Source: Bacteroidales bacterium UBA3623
Lineage (GTDB): Bacteria > Bacteroidota > Bacteroidia > Bacteroidales > UBA932
NCBI GenBank assembly: GCA_002373715.1
Contig: DFLI01000051.1
Coordinates: 35,797-99,796, forward strand
Direction of reading: 5' to 3'
DNA: 64,000 nt
The position numbers were made by a program, and so were the translations under genes. Position 1 is the stretch's first letter, and the number at the start of each line of letters is the position of its first letter. Positions 54,365 through 63,185 of the stretch are shown piece after piece. The notes under the pieces are model-generated. The model did not search any database, was not told the origin of the DNA, and saw only the letters and a list, made by a program, of their open reading frames with translations.

Positions 54365-54765
54365 TACTTCTTGCCGCTCTTTTCCAGGATGGCCTTACCT
54401 TCCACCGTGGTGGTAGCGTGGGGAACCAGACGCAGGCGCTCCTTGGGAATGAGCTTGCCCGTAACACGGCAGATGCCGTAGGTCTTGTTCTCGATGCGCA
54501 CCAGAGCGGCTTCCAGGTTCTGGATGAACTTGTACTGACGCTGAGCCAAAGTTCCGGCCTCTTCCTTGGAAAGCTGGAAGGCACCGTCGTCCTCTACCGT
54601 CTTGAAGGTAGGGGCGGTGTCCAGAATGTCGTTTCCGCCGGCGTGGGTAACCACCTCGCGAAGGGTGGAATACTCTGCACGGGCCTTCTCCAACATCTCG
54701 TTGATAATGCCGCGGAACTCCTCGAGCTCCTCGTCAGAATAGCGGGTTTTGTTGTTCTCTTCCAT
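54364..54765 (-). CDS. dksA: TraR/DksA-family transcription factor
   Basis: RYSDEELEEF, coiled coil, ALVRIENKTYGICRVTGKLIPKERL..VPHAT; ileS-dksA-lspA order. Confidence 0.85.
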   Translation of the reverse strand: MEENNKTRYSDEELEEFRGIINEMLEKARAEYSTLREVVTHAGGNDILDTAPTFKTVEDDGAFQLSKEEAGTLAQRQYKFIQNLEAALVRIENKTYGICRVTGKLIPKERLRLVPHATTTVEGKAILEKSGKK

Positions 54766-54769
54766 ATAG

Positions 54770-57700
54770 TTAGCGTTTTATAGTTAGCTTGATTGTACCT
54801 TCGGTCCATTCTACCTCTGCCGCATTTGCCGGAGCATTTTCAAAGGGCTCCAGGCCGATGGACAGGGAGAGGGTTTGTGCCTTCACATATTCGGCATACT
54901 CCTGCAGGGCATCTGCCAGGCCGGCGTCTGCCGAATACACCACGGTGTGGATGCGGTCTGTTACCTCGAAGCCGGAGCTCTTGCGCAGATTCTGGATGCG
55001 GTTCACCAGTTCGCGGGCCAGGCCTTCGCGGCGAAGTTCAGGAGTAACCTCCACGTCCAGGGCCACGGTAAGGGAGCCTTCAGAGGCCACCTGCCAGCCT
55101 TCCACATCTTCGGAAGAAATGGCATAGTCTCCGGGGTTCAGTACCACTTCCCCGGCAGGAAGGTTTAAGGTATAGGATTCGCCTGCCGTTTCGGCCTTCT
55201 GGATGGCGGCAATGGTGGCCTGGTCCAGCTGCCCGAAGGCAGCGGCAATTTCTTTCATGCGGGCACCGTACGTCTTGCCCAGGACTTTGAAGTTAGGCTT
55301 GATACGCAGCGTCATGATGCCGCTGGTATCTTCCACAAACTCCATTTCTTTTACGTTCACCTCCGACAGCACGATTCCCTTTACGGCCTCCAGTGCAGCA
55401 CGCACTTTCTCCGAAATGACGGGAATCATTACCTTCTGCAGCGGCTGGCGAACGGGAATATTCACCTTCTTGCGAATTCCCAGGATGAGGGAGGTGGCCA
55501 GCTGAGCCAGGGCCATACGCTCTTCCAGGGCAGCGTCAATTACCTTCTCATCGGCCTGAGGCATAAGCGTAAAGTGAACGCTTTCTGCTTCGGGGACCAA
55601 GTCGCAGTAGAGGCGGTCCATGTAGAAGGGAGCGATGGGAGCGCCCAGGATGGCGATGTCCTTGAGCACCAAGTACAGGGTGCTGTAGGCGGCCTTCTTA
55701 TCTTCCGTCATTTCTCCGGCCCAGAAACGGGCGCGGTTCAGACGCACGTACCAGTTGGAGACATCGTCGCATACAAAGTTTTCCAGAATGCGGCCTGCCG
55801 ATTTGACGTCGTAGTCTTCGTAGGCGGCGCGCACATCCCGGATAACGGTATTGAGCTTGGAGATAATCCACTTGTCCAGCTCCGTGACGGGAGCATGCTC
55901 TTCCGGCTGCCAGCCATCTATATTGGCGTAGCGGGCAAAGAAGGCGTAGGTATTGTAGAGAGTGCCGAAGAACTTGCGGCGAACGTCGGCCACTCCGCTT
56001 TCGTCAAACTTGAGGTTGTCCCAAGGTTCTGCGTTAGTGAGCATGTACCAGCGAAGGGCATCTGCGCCGTAGGTATCCAGGGCCCAGAACGGGTCTACTG
56101 CATTGCCCAGACGCTTACTCATCTTGTTGCCGTTCTTGTCCAGCACCAGACCGTTGGAAATGACACGCTTGAAGGCGGGGGTTCCGGAAATCATGGTGTG
56201 GATGGCATGCAGGGTATAGAACCAGCCGCGGGTTTGGTCCACGCCCTCGGCAATGAAGTCTGCCGTGGCACCAAAGGCAGGCGTGCCCAAATTGCGGAGA
56301 CCTTCCTGGGCATAAGGCATGGCACCGGAATCGAACCACACGTCAATGAGGTCCGTTTCCCTGATCATCTTCTTGCCGGAAGGGCTCACCAGGAAGATTC
56401 CGTCTACATACGGGCGGTGGAGGTCTATCTTATTGTAGTTCTCCAGGCTCATATCGGCCGGGTTGAAGCCCTTGTCCTTGAGCGGGTTGGAGGGCATGAT
56501 GCCGGCGGCAACGGCCTTCTCTATCTGGTCATACAGCTCTTTTACGGAGCCGATGCAAATTTCTTCCTTGCCGTCTTCGGTGCGCCAGATGGGCAGCGGA
56601 GTGCCCCAGTAGCGGGAACGGCTCAGGTTCCAGTCCTGGATGTTTTCCAGCCACTGGCCAAAGCGGCCGGTGCCGGTGGAGGCGGGTTTCCAGGTGATTT
56701 GCTTGTTCAGGGCCACCATCTGGTCTTTCACGGCCGATGCCTTGATGAACCAGCTGTCCAGCGGGTAGTACAGGACCGGGAGGTCTGTGCGCCAGCTGTG
56801 AGGGTAGCTGTGGACGTGTTTCTGCACCTTGAAGGCGCGGCCATCGGCCTTCATCATGACGCAGAGGTCTATATCCAGGGTGCCTTCTTCCTCTACATGC
56901 TCGAAGTACTGCTTGTAGCCGGCTTTTACGTAGCGGCCGGAGTACTCCTTGTAGGAAGGGTCTACGGTGGCGGCATAGGCGGGATCCATGTCTTCCAGGC
57001 GCATGAAGCGGCCCTGGCGGTCTACCTGGGCCTGGGGGTTGCCGTCCTTGTCCAGGGGCATAATGGCGCCAATGCCGGCAGCTGCGGCCACGCGCTTATC
57101 GTCTGCGCCGAAGGTGGGGGCAATGTGAACGATACCCGTACCGTCAGAAGTAGTTACATAGTCTCCGGGGATTACGCGGAAAGCGTCTCCGTTGGGCTTG
57201 AACCAGGGAATGAGCTGGTGGTAACGGATGCCTACGAGCTCCGAACCCTTCCAGCTGCCGCCCAACTGCTTCCAGGGGACCACTTTGTCTCCGGGCTGGT
57301 AAGATTCCAGGGACTGGTTCTCTCCCTTGGGATTGAACCAGGTGCTTACCAAATCCTTGGCCAGCACATAGATGGCCGGCTGTCCGGAATAGGGATTGAA
57401 GGAAAGAACCCGTACGTACTCAATATCCGGGCCCACGCACAGCGCCGTGTTGGACGGAAGTGTCCAGGGCGTGGTGGTCCAGGCCAGGAAGTATACCGGG
57501 AAGGCATAGGTGCCGTAGAGCGGCTGGGAAGTGCCGTCCTTGATTACCTCGAACTGTACCGTGGCGGTGGTGTCACTGACGTCCTTGTAGCAGCCGGGCT
57601 GGTTGAGTTCGTGGGAACTCAGGCCCGTGCCGTCTGTGGGCGAATAGGGCTGAATGGTGTAGCCCTTGTACAGCAGTCCCTTGTTGTAGATTTGCTTAAG

Positions 57701-58186
57701 CAGATACCAAAGGGTTTCTATGTAGCGGTTGTCGTAGGTGATGTAAGGGTCCAGCATGTCTACCCAATAACCCACGCGCTCTGTCATATTCACCCATTCG
57801 GCGGTATATTTCATCACCTCCTTACGGCAGGTGGCATTATACTCTTCCACACTCACCTTGGTGCCGATATCGGCCTTGGTGATGCCCAGTTTCTTCTCTA
57901 CTCCCAGTTCCACGGGAAGGCCGTGGGTATCCCAGCCGGCGCGGCGGTTTACCTTGTAGCCGGTTTGGGTTTTGTAGCGGCAGATGGCGTCTTTGATGGA
58001 ACGGGCCATCACATGGTGGATGCCCGGCATGCCATTGGCGCTGGGGGGACCTTCGAAGAAAATGAACGCAGGGGCCCCTTCACGCAGTTCCAGCGAACGT
58101 TCGAAAGCATGCTTGCGCTTCCACTGCTCAAGCACGGCATTTCCACATTCGGTCAAATCCAACCCCTTGTATTCTTTGAATGTCAT
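54770..58186 (-). CDS. ileS: Isoleucine--tRNA ligase
   Basis: EGPPSANGMPGIHH, GWDTHGLP, WTTTPWTLP, DWNLSRSRYWG, EGVDQTRGWF, KMSKR. Confidence 0.98.
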   Translation of the reverse strand: MTFKEYKGLDLTECGNAVLEQWKRKHAFERSLELREGAPAFIFFEGPPSANGMPGIHHVMARSIKDAICRYKTQTGYKVNRRAGWDTHGLPVELGVEKKLGITKADIGTKVSVEEYNATCRKEVMKYTAEWVNMTERVGYWVDMLDPYITYDNRYIETLWYLLKQIYNKGLLYKGYTIQPYSPTDGTGLSSHELNQPGCYKDVSDTTATVQFEVIKDGTSQPLYGTYAFPVYFLAWTTTPWTLPSNTALCVGPDIEYVRVLSFNPYSGQPAIYVLAKDLVSTWFNPKGENQSLESYQPGDKVVPWKQLGGSWKGSELVGIRYHQLIPWFKPNGDAFRVIPGDYVTTSDGTGIVHIAPTFGADDKRVAAAAGIGAIMPLDKDGNPQAQVDRQGRFMRLEDMDPAYAATVDPSYKEYSGRYVKAGYKQYFEHVEEEGTLDIDLCVMMKADGRAFKVQKHVHSYPHSWRTDLPVLYYPLDSWFIKASAVKDQMVALNKQITWKPASTGTGRFGQWLENIQDWNLSRSRYWGTPLPIWRTEDGKEEICIGSVKELYDQIEKAVAAGIMPSNPLKDKGFNPADMSLENYNKIDLHRPYVDGIFLVSPSGKKMIRETDLIDVWFDSGAMPYAQEGLRNLGTPAFGATADFIAEGVDQTRGWFYTLHAIHTMISGTPAFKRVISNGLVLDKNGNKMSKRLGNAVDPFWALDTYGADALRWYMLTNAEPWDNLKFDESGVADVRRKFFGTLYNTYAFFARYANIDGWQPEEHAPVTELDKWIISKLNTVIRDVRAAYEDYDVKSAGRILENFVCDDVSNWYVRLNRARFWAGEMTEDKKAAYSTLYLVLKDIAILGAPIAPFYMDRLYCDLVPEAESVHFTLMPQADEKVIDAALEERMALAQLATSLILGIRKKVNIPVRQPLQKVMIPVISEKVRAALEAVKGIVLSEVNVKEMEFVEDTSGIMTLRIKPNFKVLGKTYGARMKEIAAAFGQLDQATIAAIQKAETAGESYTLNLPAGEVVLNPGDYAISSEDVEGWQVASEGSLTVALDVEVTPELRREGLARELVNRIQNLRKSSGFEVTDRIHTVVYSADAGLADALQEYAEYVKAQTLSLSIGLEPFENAPANAAEVEWTEGTIKLTIKR

Positions 58187-58252
58187 TTTTTTATTATTTT
58201 TGTGCTCTTAATAGTCCACAAAGTTAAAAATAAATACTGACTTCAGCAAGCC

Positions 58253-58750
58253 ATGAACACGCTGGATATCATTATCCTCATCCTCTTCATTCCCGGCATC
58301 CTCCGAGGCATCTCCAAGGGCTTTGTAGAGCAGGCTATCTCCTTGATAGGCATTATTTTAAGCGTGTACCTGGCTTTTCGCTTCTCCGGCGCCGCCAGCG
58401 CCTGGCTCCAGAATTACATCACCGTTTCCCAAACCGTGCTCAATGTAATGGGCTTCGCCCTGGTGCTGGTGGGGGTGCTGCTGGTGGTCCTGTTCGTTGC
58501 CAAACTGGTAACCGCGGCGGTGGAAAAAGCCTCCCTGGGCTGGATTAACAAGGTACTTGGGCTGGTGTTCAGCATTGCCGTATCGGCCCTTCTGATAGCC
58601 ATCATCATTATCCTTTTCGACACCATCAACCTCAAGTTCGGGCTAGTAAAAAGCCCCATATTGCAGGATTCCTTGCTCTATGGAGCTCTCAAAGATTTTG
58701 GCTACCTGTCCTTCCCCTACCTGAAGCAGTTGCTGGCTATTGCCTCTTAA
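58253..58750 (+). CDS. CvpA (colicin V production) family membrane protein
   Basis: MNTLDIIIL...RG..KGFV, four TMs, LGWINKVLG. Confidence 0.88.
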   Translation: MNTLDIIILILFIPGILRGISKGFVEQAISLIGIILSVYLAFRFSGAASAWLQNYITVSQTVLNVMGFALVLVGVLLVVLFVAKLVTAAVEKASLGWINKVLGLVFSIAVSALLIAIIIILFDTINLKFGLVKSPILQDSLLYGALKDFGYLSFPYLKQLLAIAS

Positions 58751-58786
58751 CCCTGCCCAACGTCCCACCGAGTTTGGTATGACTAT

Positions 58787-58828
58787 GGAGCGAAGCGACC
58801 CAGGGGGCTTGGGGGATTAGTCCCCCAA
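58787..58828. repeat. Dispersed ~42 bp hairpin repeat (copy 2; copy 1 at 815-856)
   Basis: ggagcgaagcgacccagggggcttgggggattagtcccccaa. Confidence 0.7.
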
Positions 58829-58842
58829 TACGTGAAAACGTC

Positions 58843-59571
58843 CTATAGCCACAATTTCTTTTTTGAAATTGTGGCTATAAAGTCCTTCAAGTAGAAAGGT
58901 TCAAAGTAGGCCAGATTTTCGAATTTATCTTCATCGAAGGCCTTCTGGGCCAGCTTGGCCATATGCCGGGCCAGCGGAAAAGCCTCCTGGAAACGGGCAT
59001 TCGGATGCGTAATCACATCCTTGCACTTGAGGGCGCCGTCTCCCACAAAGAGCACCTCTCCCTTAGCCAACTCATCGGCAAAAGATTCCGGGCCGATAAT
59101 CTTAGACTCCACCTCGGTGAGCCGCTGGCCTTCCCCACTGTAGACAGCCGTGTACACCTCCATGCGGCGGGCGTCGATCATGGGGACAAGATGCCCGGTC
59201 GACGCCGGGCATGACGCCTCTTCCGTCATTCCCGGCTTGACCGGGAATCTCTCTTCCAGCGCTCCGGCCACAAGAATGTCCAGCGTGCCGATGGCGATGA
59301 GGGGTATGCCGGCGCCGAAGGCCAGGCCCTTGGCGGTGGATACTCCCACGCGCAGGCCGGTGTAGGAACCCGGTCCCGAGCTTACGCAGACGGCATCGCA
59401 GTCTTTCACGCTAAGGCCTGCCTGGTCCAGCACTTCCTTCACCAGCGGAGCGGTGAGGGAGGCCTGCATACGGGGCTGCGTGCATACGCGTTCATGGGCA
59501 ACGGTCCCATCCTGGGCCAAAGCCACGGACAGGACCGATGTCGAAGTTTCAATGAGGAGGATGCGGGCCAT
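58843..59571 (-). CDS. tsaB: tRNA threonylcarbamoyladenosine biosynthesis protein TsaB
   Basis: IETST, GPGSYTGLRVG...AKGL, MIDARRMEVY, EPFYLK. Confidence 0.95.
   Translation of the reverse strand: MARILLIETSTSVLSVALAQDGTVAHERVCTQPRMQASLTAPLVKEVLDQAGLSVKDCDAVCVSSGPGSYTGLRVGVSTAKGLAFGAGIPLIAIGTLDILVAGALEERFPVKPGMTEEASCPASTGHLVPMIDARRMEVYTAVYSGEGQRLTEVESKIIGPESFADELAKGEVLFVGDGALKCKDVITHPNARFQEAFPLARHMAKLAQKAFDEDKFENLAYFEPFYLKDFIATISKKKLWL
59189..59250. repeat. Inverted pair of CGTC-type REP palindromes inside tsaB
   Basis: agatgcccggtcgacgccgggcatgacg (59189-59216) and cgtcattcccggcttgaccgggaatct (59224-59250); encode RFPVKPGMTEEASCPASTGHL. Confidence 0.85.
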
Positions 59572-60680
59572 TACAGCTTCTTGCGAAGGTATTCCTTGAT
59601 ATCGGCGGCGTTGCTCACGCGGGCCTCATTGTCTATGTTGCCGTCCACGATGAACCACACCATAGGCAGGCTGCCGATGCCGTACGAAGTTACGTAAGGA
59701 GACTGGGCGCCGCGGGTGTCGCACACGTTCACCCAAGGGAGCTGCTGGTTCTTAACGGCAGCGGCCCAGGCGCTCTTGTCGCTGTCCAGAGACACGGCAT
59801 ACACCTCAAAGCCCTTCTTGTGATACTGCTCGTAAATGGGCACCAGGGCGTCTATGTTGAAGAGTTTCTGTTCGGCCGTGGCCTGCCAGAAATACACCAT
59901 GGTAACATCTCCCAGCTTCTCGGAAAGGGTAACCTTGTTACCGTCAATACCCGGGAGGGTAATGTCAATGTAACCCACTTCCTCCGCGTTCTGGAGCTTG
60001 TTGCTCACTTCCAGGGTGGAGATGCGGCGCTGGGCCTCTTTCTCCAGGGCCTTTACGTACCGGGATTCGGGATAGACCGTCTTGAGGGAATCTGCCACAG
60101 CCTGCATCATAATGCCGTCAGTGGGCTGGCTGAACACCGGGAAGGTGGGATTCACCTGCTGGAACAATACAGGAACCACGGTGAGGGACTTGGTGTTACT
60201 CATTACATAAGACATGCGGTCTCTGTAATAGTTCACATAGCAGCGGCTCAGCTGGGCCTGAGGGTCGTATTCCTTGGCCAGAATGCGGTTCATCTCGCTC
60301 ACGAAGGCGTTGTAATCCTTCTCTACCTTCTGCAGTTTGAGGGACTCTTCCGAGCCTTCTACGGTGTAGACTCCCAGGGTGTCGGTTTCCACCTTCACCT
60401 TGTCTCCTTTCTGGAGCAGGAGGGAGGCAATCTGACGCTCTCCGTAGTACAGATACACGAATTCCGGCTGGGCCTTCTTCAGATCCAGCTTATAGGAGAA
60501 ACGGCCTTTGGCATCTGTTTTTACACTGTCCAGCACCTGGAAACGGTTCACGTCCAGGAGCTTCACAATGACCTGACTGTCAGGGGTTTCGTAGAGGGTA
60601 CCCTCAATTTGGGTATTTTTACCGCAGGCGGCAGCCAGAACAAGCAAGGCTGCTGCGGCTACGGGCTTAAAGCTTTTCAT
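59571..60680 (-). CDS. DUF4369/TlpA-like thioredoxin-fold lipoprotein (no CxxC)
   Basis: AAAC lipobox; DITLPG.DG..V.LS, YFW, GFEVYAVSLD...W, LPWVNV.D, YGI.SLP. Confidence 0.8.
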   Translation of the reverse strand: MKSFKPVAAAALLVLAAACGKNTQIEGTLYETPDSQVIVKLLDVNRFQVLDSVKTDAKGRFSYKLDLKKAQPEFVYLYYGERQIASLLLQKGDKVKVETDTLGVYTVEGSEESLKLQKVEKDYNAFVSEMNRILAKEYDPQAQLSRCYVNYYRDRMSYVMSNTKSLTVVPVLFQQVNPTFPVFSQPTDGIMMQAVADSLKTVYPESRYVKALEKEAQRRISTLEVSNKLQNAEEVGYIDITLPGIDGNKVTLSEKLGDVTMVYFWQATAEQKLFNIDALVPIYEQYHKKGFEVYAVSLDSDKSAWAAAVKNQQLPWVNVCDTRGAQSPYVTSYGIGSLPMVWFIVDGNIDNEARVSNAADIKEYLRKKL

Positions 60681-61071
60681 ACTCTTCCAGAATTTTATTG
60701 GCTATACTTTTCATCTCATCGGCCTCCAGCTGCAGCTTGGCCTTGCGGAAATCCATGTCTCCTTCCGTTTGAAGGGGTACCAGATGGATGTGCGTGTGGG
60801 GCACTTCCATTCCCAGTACGGCCACGCCCACACGCTTGCAGGGCACGGCGGCCTTTAGGGCCTGGGCCACCTTGCGGGCGAAAGCCCACAACTCCGTGTA
60901 GGTTTTCTCGTCCAGGTGGAAGATATAATCGTCTTCTACGTGTTTAGGAATGACCAGCGTGTGCCCTTTGGCCAGGGGAGAAATATCCAGGAAAGCATAG
61001 AAATCCTTGCTTTCTGCGCACTTGTAGGAAGGAATCTCGCCGTTGGCGATTTTGGTGAAAATGGTAGCCAT
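60667..61071 (-). CDS. HIT-family nucleotide hydrolase
   Basis: TIFTKI..GEIPSY, GHTLVIPK, VPHTHIHL. Confidence 0.95.
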   Translation of the reverse strand: MATIFTKIANGEIPSYKCAESKDFYAFLDISPLAKGHTLVIPKHVEDDYIFHLDEKTYTELWAFARKVAQALKAAVPCKRVGVAVLGMEVPHTHIHLVPLQTEGDMDFRKAKLQLEADEMKSIANKILEEYEKL

Positions 61072-61072
61072 C

Positions 61073-61540
61073 TTAGAGGGAAATTTCCATTATTTCAAAC
61101 TTCATAACACCGCTGGGAACCTTGGCTTCCACCGTCTCTCCCTTGCCATGGCCCATAAGAGCCTTGCCGATGGGCGTGGTGGCGGCCAGCAGACCCTTGG
61201 AGAAATCTGCCTCGCTCTCGGGAACAATCTGGAAGTTCATTACCATCTTGTTGGCAACGTTCTTCACCTTCACCTTGGACAGCAGCTGCACCGTGTCTGC
61301 CGAGAGCTTGCTCTCGTCAATGACGCGGGCGTTGGCCACTTTTTCCTTCAGGCGGGCAATCTTCACCTCCAGCAAACCCTGCGCATCTCGCGCAGCGTCG
61401 TACTCGGCGTTCTCGGAGAGGTCTCCCTTCTCACGGGCTTCTGCGATAGCAGCGGAAATCACCGGCCGCTGGGCCAGTGCTTCGGCGAGCTCCTGTTTGA
61501 GTTTGTCCAGGCCCGCCTGGGTCATCATTTCTATTGCCAT
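61073..61540 (-). CDS. greA: Transcription elongation factor GreA
   Basis: AREKGDLSENAEYDAA, TPIGKALMG, VPSG...EI. Confidence 0.96.
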   Translation of the reverse strand: MAIEMMTQAGLDKLKQELAEALAQRPVISAAIAEAREKGDLSENAEYDAARDAQGLLEVKIARLKEKVANARVIDESKLSADTVQLLSKVKVKNVANKMVMNFQIVPESEADFSKGLLAATTPIGKALMGHGKGETVEAKVPSGVMKFEIMEISL

Positions 61541-61563
61541 TATGTATACTTTTAAGCTTTGTC

Positions 61564-61619
61564 AAAAAAACAGCCGACGACCGGTTAAGGCCGTCGAGCT
61601 ATATGTCACTACAAAGGTA
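61564..61619 (-). promoter_or_regulatory. greA promoter (-7 box) followed by terminator-like hairpin in 5' leader
   Basis: TACCTTTG at 61619-61612; AGC-CGACG-GCC...GGT-CGTCG-GCT stem then T7 before start codon. Confidence 0.6.
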
Positions 61620-61633
61620 ACAATTAATTTTGA

Positions 61634-62266
61634 TTATTTGTTACGCTCGTCAACAATCTTTGCGTTGGGATAACGGGAGATATCGAAGGTAACGTCCTCT
61701 TCCTTAACGCCTATGCTCATGTCATAGATGGTAATGGTTACGCCGGACATGGAGGCCTGGAACCGATTCAGAGCATAGGTGCCCTTTTTCACCGAAACAT
61801 TCATCTTCTTGGGCGCATCCTTGTCCTTGTTGGTCTTCTGCTTTTTGCACAGGAAATACCAGACATCGGCCGTTTCCTTCTCCAGAACCACGTCATAGCC
61901 GTCGGTAATGCCGTCCATCATGCTCAAGCCGTCGTCGGCATCAGACGAGGCGTCCGGCTTTTCGTTCTTGATGGTAATCTCGTTATTCTTGGAATTGTAC
62001 GACCAGCTGGTTTTGCCGTCTTCCCAGTCAATTATTATTATCCCCTTGGCCTCCATCTCCAGGCGGGTTTTCTGCCCCAGCTCGCTCACACGGGTGGAGA
62101 AGGTACCCAGGATGGGAATCTTCATGTCCATGGTCATGGACAGGCCCTCAGTTTCGGCTCTGTCCATCCAGGCATCCAGCTTATTCAAGATTTGCTCGGG
62201 CGTTTCCTGGGCCCAGAGGGCGACGGCGCATAGCAGACCGGCCAGCAGGGTGACAATCTTTCTCAT
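61634..62266 (-). CDS. Exported LolA-like fold protein
   Basis: Signal peptide; WEDGKTSWSY....NEITI; C-terminal FDISRYPNAKIVDER. Confidence 0.65.
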   Translation of the reverse strand: MRKIVTLLAGLLCAVALWAQETPEQILNKLDAWMDRAETEGLSMTMDMKIPILGTFSTRVSELGQKTRLEMEAKGIIIIDWEDGKTSWSYNSKNNEITIKNEKPDASSDADDGLSMMDGITDGYDVVLEKETADVWYFLCKKQKTNKDKDAPKKMNVSVKKGTYALNRFQASMSGVTITIYDMSIGVKEEDVTFDISRYPNAKIVDERNK

Positions 62267-62267
62267 A

Positions 62268-63185
62268 TTAAATACACTCTAATCTGTCTTTTTCCAACTG
62301 CTCCCGCAACGCTTCCAGCGAGGGGAACTTGCGTTCGTCGCGAATTCTTTTCAAAAAGCGGACCTTGAGCGGCAAACCGTAAATATCTTCGTCAAAATCC
62401 AGAATATGCGTTTCAATGGTTCTGGTCTTTCCGTCCACCGTAGGACGCACACCAATGTTGCACATGCCCTTATACGTTCCGCCAAGTACCTCAACCTCAA
62501 CGGCATACACGCCATTGAAAGGCACCAGCTTCAGCGGCTCATACAACTGCATATTAGCCGTAGGAAAACCGATAGTCCGGCCCATTCGGTTACCGGCCAC
62601 CACCACCCCATATAGCTCATAGCTATACCCCAGCATGGCATTGGCATCCCCTATTCTCCCCTCCTCCAGCGCCTGACGTACCTGAGTAGAAGAAATGTGC
62701 GTAGGCGTTGCGATGGCTGAAGAAAATTGGTTTTTCGGGCACCGTCCCGAAAAATAATTTTTTTCAGCCGTGGGTAACTCATCCACAACAAGAATATTGC
62801 TTTCAGGAAGCTCAGAGGCCGTCTTCCTGTCAGAGCCTATGCGGTTGTCATAGCCCATCACCACAAGGCTGGCGTCAAAGCGCTCACGGAGGAGCTGCAG
62901 GTATTCATTGGCCTTGAGGGCGGCGAATTCCCGGGTGAACGGGATTACCTCCACGCGGTCCACTCCGCAGGAGAGAAGCCGGGCCTTCTTTTCCTCTATG
63001 GAATTGAGAAGGCGGAACTCTCGGGCGTCTTGCTGCAATACGGCGCGGGGATGCGGCCAGAACGTGACCACAATGGCCTCCTCTCCCCTTTCGCGGGCAG
63101 AGGAGACCAATGTCTCCAGCACGTGACGGTGGCCCAGATGGACCCCGTCAAAAAAGCCTGTGGTTACTACAGCCACTTCACGCAT
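62268..63185 (-). CDS. ribF: Bifunctional FAD synthetase / riboflavin kinase
   Basis: GFFDGVHLGH, ISST.VR, GRTIGFPTAN, NIGVRPT, IETHILDF, IRDERKF. Confidence 0.96.
   Translation of the reverse strand: MREVAVVTTGFFDGVHLGHRHVLETLVSSARERGEEAIVVTFWPHPRAVLQQDAREFRLLNSIEEKKARLLSCGVDRVEVIPFTREFAALKANEYLQLLRERFDASLVVMGYDNRIGSDRKTASELPESNILVVDELPTAEKNYFSGRCPKNQFSSAIATPTHISSTQVRQALEEGRIGDANAMLGYSYELYGVVVAGNRMGRTIGFPTANMQLYEPLKLVPFNGVYAVEVEVLGGTYKGMCNIGVRPTVDGKTRTIETHILDFDEDIYGLPLKVRFLKRIRDERKFPSLEALREQLEKDRLECI
62700..62774. repeat. AT-rich long palindrome inserted in frame in ribF
   Basis: Arms 62713-62739 / 62746-62771, bracketed by cgtagg/cgtggg 69 bp apart. Confidence 0.75.

Noticed and set aside
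54364-54765. DksA with a single Cys (no four-Cys zinc finger)
   Set aside because: To my knowledge the usual Bacteroidota form.
54770-58186. IleRS with GIHH instead of HIGH motif
   Set aside because: Normal variant for Bacteroidota IleRS.
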